A DNA stretch of 64,000 nt from Syntrophales bacterium (GTDB taxonomy: Bacteria > Desulfobacterota > Syntrophia > Syntrophales > UBA4778): the NCBI GenBank assembly GCA_963665615.2, contig CAXXQE010000008.1, forward strand, positions 310,001 through 374,000. The letters run 5' to 3'. Of this stretch, positions 57,288 through 64,000 are shown piece by piece. The stretch's first letter is position 1. Every line of letters begins with the position of its first letter. The notes under the pieces were generated by a model, which was given only the letters and a program-made list of their open reading frames with translations, searched no databases and was not told the DNA's origin. The translations under genes were made by a program, and so were the position numbers.

Positions 57288-58057
57288 TTCTTTGGCAGCC
57301 CTGCTGTTCTGTTCAATTCCCACAGCTTGACGTATTTGCAGAATTTATTGATGGAATCGGTTACGGCGAGGGTCAGCCCGGGTGCTCCGTCGAGCAACCC
57401 CAGCCGAAGAAAATAATTTTGGAGAAACGTCAGTACCGCTCGAAAGAAGGCGCCGCCGATAGATGCCTGTTTCCCCTGAAGCTGAGCCTGGTTAGCCCCC
57501 AGAGTTGAATACTGGTCGATCTTCTGAAGAACCTTCGTCAGCCTGCTTTCCGTAAAATGCTCAATGCAACAGTCCAATTCCGCAACGTCTCCCTCAACCA
57601 GAACGGCCTCATGAACGCTCGCCTCTGACATCCTACCTGAATCTTTCTTAAATAACCTCACAACCCGGTCCGGCCACCAGCCCATATGTCTGATCCATCG
57701 CCCCTGAAAAAAATTCTTGCGAGGGAAGCTGTAGCCCGCCTTTGTGTCGCCCGCCCCATTTACAATCCGACAAATTGACGCGGCCGTCTCAGCCGGGATA
57801 CGCTCATCGGCGTCCAGCACGAGCACCCATGCGTGGCGGCACTGATCGATCGCGTATTGTTTCTGAATTCCAAATCCCCGCCAGGGATGCTCGAAAACGT
57901 CACATTCATACGAGCGAGCAATCTCTCTCGTCTCATCGGTGCTGCCGGAATCGACGATAACCACCTGCTCCGCAAAGGCCAAAGTATTGAGACAGCCAGG
58001 GAGGTTTTCAGCTTCGTTTTTGGTAATAACTGCAACCGATAGGGGAATTTTTTCCAT
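57284..58057 (-). CDS. GT2 LPS-core beta-1,4-glucosyltransferase-like (WaaE/KdtX family)
   Basis: ITKNE, VDSGSTD, GFGIQK, LDADE, VHE, YFLRLGLLDG. Confidence 0.85.
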   Translation of the reverse strand: MEKIPLSVAVITKNEAENLPGCLNTLAFAEQVVIVDSGSTDETREIARSYECDVFEHPWRGFGIQKQYAIDQCRHAWVLVLDADERIPAETAASICRIVNGAGDTKAGYSFPRKNFFQGRWIRHMGWWPDRVVRLFKKDSGRMSEASVHEAVLVEGDVAELDCCIEHFTESRLTKVLQKIDQYSTLGANQAQLQGKQASIGGAFFRAVLTFLQNYFLRLGLLDGAPGLTLAVTDSINKFCKYVKLWELNRTAGLPKK

Positions 58058-58187
58058 GCCTAGATCCTAAGACTGCCTTATAACAAAATGTTGCGATTTT
58101 ATACCACACTGGCCATGAAAAGGGTGCTTTGTTTTTCAAATTCTGGTAATTACGATCATTGATCTACCGACATTTGATAGGAACAAC

Positions 58188-59369
58188 ATGGATTGCTTAC
58201 AGTCGACACTGCGCAAAAGGATTGCGGTCATCGTTCCAAAATATGGACTCGTTGGCGGAGCGGAAGGCTTCGTCGCCGAGTTAACATCCCGACTGGTTCG
58301 TACCACTCCTTACGACATCGAGGTTTTTGCCAACAAATGGCTTAAAGATGAAAAGATCCACTATCATAAAATCCCCTTCCTGTCCTTTCCAAGATTTCTG
58401 ATCACGATCAGCTTCGCTTACATTGCTGAGCGCAAGATCAAACGACTATCGTCACAAGCCCCTTTTGAGCTTGTCCATGCGCATGATCGCGTTTTTCACG
58501 CCGATCTGTTTACCATGCACAGTGTTCCACATCGCTTCTGGGTCAAGGAAGTACGTAAAAAAAGAAGGATGAGCCTCTTTGACATCGCCACAGCCTGGGT
58601 TGAACGAAAACTCGTTAAGAGCGGCACCTGTCGTTTTGCGGCGGTCTCCGAACTCACAAAGGAAAAGTTCCTTCAGGAATACCCGAATGTGCCGAGCGAC
58701 GCAATCAGTGTCATTCACCCCGGCATCGATCCGCAGGCATACGCGGGCTTGGATCGTGCGGCCGCGCGCTCTGAAATCCGGAATCTGCATGGCATCGGCG
58801 AGAACGATTTCGTTCTCCTCTTTGTCTCGATGAATTTCGATATCAAGGGCTTGGATTTTGTTTTTAACGGCCTGTCTAAAATTCATTCTTTAATGCCCGA
58901 GAGGCAATGGACGTTGCTGATCGCAGGAAAAGACAATCTCGTCAAATACGACCGGCTCGCGCAATCGCTCGGCATTCGCGACCGTATCATTTTTGCGGGC
59001 ATCATTAACCGGGACACATTAAAGCAATATTATCTCTCGTCAGATGCCTTTATAATGCCGTCCAGGTTTGACACCTTCGGGCTGACGGTTTTGGAGGCGA
59101 TGGCTGCCGGTCTGCCTGCGATTGTCAGTCGGAACGTCGGCGCCAGAGATGTCATCGAACAGGGCGTGAATGGTTTTATCGTTAAAAATCCGGCGTTACC
59201 AAGCGAAATCGCCGACGCGATTCTGAGCGTTATGGACGATGATGCAAGGACACGAATGGGCGAGGCCGCACGCAAAACGGCTGAACACTATACCTGGGAC
59301 AGCACGGCACAGAAAACCGCTCAACTTTATGAAGCAATCATTGCAGCGCACGAGACACCTGAAAAATGA
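58188..59369 (+). CDS. GT4 glycosyltransferase (WaaG-like)
   Basis: GGAE, AVSE, KGL, DTFGLTVLEAMAAGLP. Confidence 0.88.
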   Translation: MDCLQSTLRKRIAVIVPKYGLVGGAEGFVAELTSRLVRTTPYDIEVFANKWLKDEKIHYHKIPFLSFPRFLITISFAYIAERKIKRLSSQAPFELVHAHDRVFHADLFTMHSVPHRFWVKEVRKKRRMSLFDIATAWVERKLVKSGTCRFAAVSELTKEKFLQEYPNVPSDAISVIHPGIDPQAYAGLDRAAARSEIRNLHGIGENDFVLLFVSMNFDIKGLDFVFNGLSKIHSLMPERQWTLLIAGKDNLVKYDRLAQSLGIRDRIIFAGIINRDTLKQYYLSSDAFIMPSRFDTFGLTVLEAMAAGLPAIVSRNVGARDVIEQGVNGFIVKNPALPSEIADAILSVMDDDARTRMGEAARKTAEHYTWDSTAQKTAQLYEAIIAAHETPEK

Positions 59370-60979
59370 ACTCTAAAAAGAACAACCATGCTCTTTTGCT
59401 TCTCATTCTTGCCATATCTGCGCTCGGTATCCGTGCTCTCGCCTTCCAGCACACGCTCATGATAAATGTCGATGGCCCCATATACATTCATCAGGCGCGC
59501 GTCGTCTATTACGGCCTATGGGATGCCCTTGGCACCTGTGGGGACATTGACTACCCGACGGTCTTTGCAATTCTCACCGCGGCTGCTTATTCCGTCATCG
59601 GTGATTGGAGCCGTAGCGCGATGATCGTTAACCTGTTTTTCGGCACAGCCACGATCATTCCGCTTTATTTTTTTCTGGAACGCTTTGTTGAGAGAAAAAC
59701 CGCTTTTCTCACCGCCTTTATTTTCGCCATGCTTCCACTTTTCGTTATTCAGAGCGTGAATGTCATCCGCGACCCTTCTTACTGGTTTTTTTCCGTCCTC
59801 GGATTATATTTCCTGTCATTTGACACTCAGAAGAGAACGCTTTATTTTCTTATTTTCAGCAGCTTGTCTTTCATTGTTGCCACGACGATGCGCATTGAGG
59901 GGCTTGTCTTTCTTATCGGCGGGGTCATATACACGCTGATCGTTTTCAACGATCGGAAACTTCAGGCAACACTCTGCCTCCTTGTTCCGATCGCTTTGGC
60001 GCTGGCCGGCGTCATTATCGGACAGCACATGATCCCTTGGGACAATCACGGTCTATATTGTTATCGCGCTGATCAAATCACCTCGATTTTCACCGGTCTG
60101 TTTGAAAACTATCAGCAGATTCGAAGCACCCTCAAGGCGTTCATGGACAGCCTGCCTGCGGGCAGTGCCAGGGGGTTTGTCGAGTTATCCCATACGCTTG
60201 TGTGGTTTACCGCAATCGGCGCCATTTTGCACTGCGCGCTGGAAGCACTGATGTATATTTTCTTTTTCCTGCTGCTTTTCGGTCTATCCGGGCTGAAAAG
60301 CAGAATGAAGAGTGACAACAGATTACTGCCGCTTCTGTTCACCACGCTTATCAGCCTCGTTGTCCTCTACATATATTGTCTCAATATTTGGTCCATGGAG
60401 AACAGAAGATTCATTATGGTGATTATACCGGCGACTGTTTTTATGGGGTTCGGCGTTGAAAAACTGATTCGTTGGTTACGCGCGAGAACCGGTCTGTCAG
60501 ATTCCCTGATTGTTATCGTGCTCTGTGTATCGGTCCTTGCGGTTACGCTTCCCAAGAACATGAACATCCAGGAGGCCGACAAACTGGTCTACAAAGACAT
60601 CGGGGAGACGATCGCTCATCTCGACGGGTCACCAGGCGAAATCAACCTGATCACGCTGGGAGACACCTGGCGTTGGGTTGACTATTACGCCAACCTGCAC
60701 GTTTCCGGGGCACCGTGCCCTGACAAGTATGTTTTCTGGAATGAAATTGACGCCCTCGCTGGAAAAAAATATGAGGATTTTGTTGGCAACCTTCGCAAAC
60801 GTCAAATTCGCTATGTCGTCTGGCAAGAAAATTATTGGCCGAGGGATAAATTCATTTTCCTGAAATCCGTCCGGCCTGAGGATCTTTCCCTATTGAAGGA
60901 GTGGCGTCACCAAGATACCGGAAGAATCATCCTGTACAAGGTGTTATATCACCATAAGAATGTTCAAAATGCATTGTGA
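59366..60979 (+). CDS. GT-C membrane glycosyltransferase (ArnT/GT39-like)
   Basis: TM1 then DG..YI, IRD, RIEG; about 11 TMs and a periplasmic C-terminal domain. Confidence 0.65.
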   Translation: MNSKKNNHALLLLILAISALGIRALAFQHTLMINVDGPIYIHQARVVYYGLWDALGTCGDIDYPTVFAILTAAAYSVIGDWSRSAMIVNLFFGTATIIPLYFFLERFVERKTAFLTAFIFAMLPLFVIQSVNVIRDPSYWFFSVLGLYFLSFDTQKRTLYFLIFSSLSFIVATTMRIEGLVFLIGGVIYTLIVFNDRKLQATLCLLVPIALALAGVIIGQHMIPWDNHGLYCYRADQITSIFTGLFENYQQIRSTLKAFMDSLPAGSARGFVELSHTLVWFTAIGAILHCALEALMYIFFFLLLFGLSGLKSRMKSDNRLLPLLFTTLISLVVLYIYCLNIWSMENRRFIMVIIPATVFMGFGVEKLIRWLRARTGLSDSLIVIVLCVSVLAVTLPKNMNIQEADKLVYKDIGETIAHLDGSPGEINLITLGDTWRWVDYYANLHVSGAPCPDKYVFWNEIDALAGKKYEDFVGNLRKRQIRYVVWQENYWPRDKFIFLKSVRPEDLSLLKEWRHQDTGRIILYKVLYHHKNVQNAL

Positions 60980-61073
60980 TTCATACCACACCTTTTCCTT
61001 CGATTGGTTGTTTCCCTCGTTCTCCCGCGTCCAGTCAATCCTTTCTGGCCCCCTAAGAGGGAAGCGATCCTTA

Positions 61074-61102
61074 TTGACACAGCCTGACGCTTTCCCTATA
61101 CT
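61074..61102 (+). promoter_or_regulatory. Near-consensus sigma70 promoter
   Basis: TTGACA (61074-79), 17-nt spacer, TATACT (61097-102). Confidence 0.75.
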
Positions 61103-61201
61103 TGCCCGGCCTGAGAAGGCCGTCCGGTGACGGCCCTTGCATTCTCGACGAACTCTCATGCAATACCTCATCGGGTCTATCATGCTACAAAACGGCGGCA
61201 G

Positions 61202-61780
61202 ATGAGCACAAAACACTTAGATCTCGGTTGCGGTGATAATCCAAGAAATCCATATGGACAGGAATGTCTCTACGGTCTTGATATAGCTGATATTGCCCCA
61301 AACCCTAATTTCATCTATAAAAAATGCAACGCTTTTTTGTCTCCTCTCCCGTTTGAAGACAACTTCTTTGATTCCGTTTCCGCATTCGATTTCATTGAAC
61401 ACATCCCTCGGGAGATTATTTCCGATGGTGAAATCCGCTTTCCTTTTATTGAGGTGATGAATGAAATATACAGGGTACTGAAACCAGAAGGAAAATTTTA
61501 TGCCCTGACCCCTGCCTATCCGCGGGAATCCGCATTTGTCGATCCGACGCATGTCAATATCATCACGAAAGACACTCATACGTACTTTACAGAACCGGAA
61601 ACAAGGGCGCGCAGGTATGGGTTTACAGGAAAATTTGCGGTCATCCGTGCCTGCTGGTGTCACTTTAGAAGAGAGGCGGGCACGATGAGTTATGTCAACT
61701 ATATGATGACGCCGATTAAATGTTTCTTCTTTCCAAAACAGATGCAGCATTTTCTATGGGAGTTCAGGGCATTGAAGTAA
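61202..61780 (+). CDS. Class I SAM-dependent methyltransferase
   Basis: HLDLGCG, LPFEDNFFDSV, FIEH, YRVLKPEG, DPTH. Confidence 0.88.
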   Translation: MSTKHLDLGCGDNPRNPYGQECLYGLDIADIAPNPNFIYKKCNAFLSPLPFEDNFFDSVSAFDFIEHIPREIISDGEIRFPFIEVMNEIYRVLKPEGKFYALTPAYPRESAFVDPTHVNIITKDTHTYFTEPETRARRYGFTGKFAVIRACWCHFRREAGTMSYVNYMMTPIKCFFFPKQMQHFLWEFRALK

Positions 61781-61916
61781 TAGATCAGGCTATTGGGTGG
61801 CAGGCTAAAAGGTGTCTATCGATTAGGAACCGGGGCTTGCGGCAATAACGACTTTTTAGACACCGCCCAGTGATCAAAAGCCTTCAAGCAACAACTTCAA
61901 AGAAGCTCTTCCTTTT

Positions 61917-62831
61917 TTATCGCGATGCTCTGAGCTTTGCCAGAACTTGTCCAAAGCTTTCCTTGCTTTTAAGGAATAACCCTTTCCATCTGTAACGCGC
62001 CCGATAACTTGCCGCTTTTGAAATTTGCTTTTTGAAAAGCATCCTATCCCCCTGACGCAAAGCATCACGGGCTATATTATAGCAATCACGAGCCCGAACA
62101 TCCCATACTAGACCAAGCGGAAAGTGTTGATCGTGTTTATCTCGAATATATTCCATCCCTCTAGACGATAAGATTTCTCGAGACAGATTATTCTGATGAA
62201 GACGATGCGCACCGGCAATAAAACCGCCGTTAAATGCGGTTTTATACTTCAGCGAGATGCGAATCGCCAATTCCCACTCGTCCCTTCCGCGTACTGCGGG
62301 ATGTTCATCGAATCCGCCGACCGCTTCAACTGCTGAGCGCCGTATGATGATGGCGGATGAGAGGAACGGGTTGTCACGGTATACGTCTCCGGGGGTTGGA
62401 AACTTTAAGCCAGGTCTGCGGATGCCCGGCCGCCGTTGCTTTCCCGTCGCACCCAGGAGACGAAGGTTACTTGACAGAAGCGCTATTTCTGGATATCGCT
62501 CCATAAATGCCAGCTGCCTCTCGAGGTTATCCGGCTCCCAAATGTCGTCTTGATCCAGAATGGCAATATAAGCGCCTTTTGCGCGTGAAAGGGCCAGGTT
62601 GCGCGGAGCGGCAGGCCCAGCAGTATTGGCCGAGGTTTGGAAGATATGAATCCGTGGATCACTCCAGGACGAAATCATGTCATAGGAGTTATCGGTAGAT
62701 CGGTCATCAGCGAGTAGCCATTCAAAATCCTTACACGTCTGGAGCATAACGGAGTCATGACATGCTTCGAGTGTTTCCTGTCCATTAAATATGGCCGTGA
62801 TAATACTTACCAAAGGTGATGTAACGCCCAT
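61917..62831 (-). CDS. GT2 glycosyltransferase
   Basis: VSII, DDRSTD, RNLAL, LDQDD, GGFDE. Confidence 0.88.
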   Translation of the reverse strand: MGVTSPLVSIITAIFNGQETLEACHDSVMLQTCKDFEWLLADDRSTDNSYDMISSWSDPRIHIFQTSANTAGPAAPRNLALSRAKGAYIAILDQDDIWEPDNLERQLAFMERYPEIALLSSNLRLLGATGKQRRPGIRRPGLKFPTPGDVYRDNPFLSSAIIIRRSAVEAVGGFDEHPAVRGRDEWELAIRISLKYKTAFNGGFIAGAHRLHQNNLSREILSSRGMEYIRDKHDQHFPLGLVWDVRARDCYNIARDALRQGDRMLFKKQISKAASYRARYRWKGLFLKSKESFGQVLAKLRASR

Positions 62832-63114
62832 CCTTTTACCTTAGTCATAACGCCCTGCCCGGTTGTTTCAAAATGTAAAAAATTCGCACCCCTCGAAAGA
62901 CTCCTTAACACATCCTGACATAAAACAAAAGTTCCGCCTTCAAGACAAATAACGGCAGCGACTTCCAGTTTTCCCATAATCAATATGGTGCTCATCATAC
63001 ACTTAATTGTCATCATCTGGTTTCGCTATGCGTTTTTAACCATACTTCACATTACTTATGTTGTCACCTCCACATGAGTACGCCATATAGTCTCCTTCTA
63101 TGGAGGGGCGCCAC

Positions 63115-64000
63115 TTGTGTGACATTTCATTTATCATTATTTCATATAATTCTGCGGATACGATCGGACCTTGCATTGATTCAATCATGTCTATGCAGTC
63201 CGGTCTTTCAAAGGAAATCATTGTTATTGACAACAACTCGCAGGACGATAGTGCGAGCGTTATCAGAGAGAAATATCCGCATGTTAAACTGATTGGAAAT
63301 AATAAAAATATTGGTTTCGCAGCCGCGAACAATCAGGCGCTGTCGCTTTGTGCAGGACGTTATCTTTTCTTCATCAACCCTGATGCAAGAATCCGTTCCC
63401 ACTCCATAAAAGAATTTATTGCCTACATGGAAAAACATCCGGAAATTGGTCTTAGCGGCTGCAGGATAATTAATCCTGATAATTCGCATCAGTGGTCCGT
63501 TTCAGACCACTACCCAGGCGCACGGCATACAACGACGGAGCTACGAGAACTGAGTGGTTCTATTGCCTGTGTTCTGGGCGCCGGTATGCTCGCACCAGCA
63601 GGGCTCATTAAGAAAGTTGGAGGGTTTGACGAGGACTTCTTTTTATATGGAGAGGATCAGGATCTCTGTATACGAATCCGCAAACTCGGCCACGAGATTG
63701 GCTATTACGACAACTTCACCATTGCTCACATCGGCGGCCATAGTGAACGAAACACTGATTTTTCCGTTATTTTGAAACGCAAAATTTCCGCGGAGTATCT
63801 TTTTTACAAAAAACATTACCACCCTGATACCATTCGCAAAATCGCCAGAAGTAATCTTCTGCAAGCGAGGTGGCGGATACTAACTATAAAAATGTTTCTA
63901 CCATTCACTGCCGATAGGAGGAAGTCTGTTTACAAACTCAAAAAATATAAAATTGTCTACACGACCGCCAAACAGATTATTTCCCGCCAGCCAACCATCA
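63115..64000 (+). CDS. GT2 glycosyltransferase, 3' end outside window (absent from the ORF track)
   Basis: Manual translation: TTG start after GGAGGGG (in-frame ATG at 63100 also possible); DISFIIISYN, IDNNSQD, NIGFAAANN, INPD, GGFDEDFFLYGEDQD; open to window end. Confidence 0.88.
   Translation, partial: MCDISFIIISYNSADTIGPCIDSIMSMQSGLSKEIIVIDNNSQDDSASVIREKYPHVKLIGNNKNIGFAAANNQALSLCAGRYLFFINPDARIRSHSIKEFIAYMEKHPEIGLSGCRIINPDNSHQWSVSDHYPGARHTTTELRELSGSIACVLGAGMLAPAGLIKKVGGFDEDFFLYGEDQDLCIRIRKLGHEIGYYDNFTIAHIGGHSERNTDFSVILKRKISAEYLFYKKHYHPDTIRKIARSNLLQARWRILTIKMFLPFTADRRKSVYKLKKYKIVYTTAKQIISRQPTI

Overview
A 64-kb cell-envelope superlocus, probably from a Desulfobacterota/Syntrophales-like Gram-negative bacterium (inferred from gene order and protein style, not from a search). 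(1) 1-17.8 kb is a conserved outer-membrane/lipid A/inner-core operon: lolE/C-lolD-bamA-skp-lpxD-lpxA-gnnA-gnnB-lpxB-msbA-lpxK-lpxL-[four-helix-bundle gene]-waaF-gmhB-GT9-pagL-like. (2) 17.9-56.3 kb is a co-directional ABC-transporter (Wzm/Wzt) surface-glycan cluster behind an EPS-type MarR regulator and a JUMPstart/ops-like leader. It carries a pyruvyltransferase, two lipid-carrier (Gtr/Arn-like) decoration modules, a WecE-type aminosugar/ATP-grasp set, a Kdn-like nonulosonate pathway, a GDP-6-deoxyheptose pathway and a PglF/PglC-like initiation set. (3) 56.3-64 kb holds further LPS glycosyltransferases. The most unusual signal is a 23S-rRNA-IVS-type four-helix-bundle gene inside an mRNA operon, enclosed by 41-nt inverted arms built of 8-nt tandem repeats. 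Exact removal of this 599-nt stem-loop would fuse lpxL in frame to waaF, which has no ATG/GTG/TTG start downstream of the arm. A possible cargo-less 7-nt-repeat hairpin sits between lpxD and lpxA. Other observations are a two-gene cassette between ~195-bp direct repeats, a G11 tract in the pyruvyltransferase, and six +1 frameshifts clustered in 14.7-19.6 kb that are probably consensus errors. No rRNA, tRNA, CRISPR array or transposase was seen.
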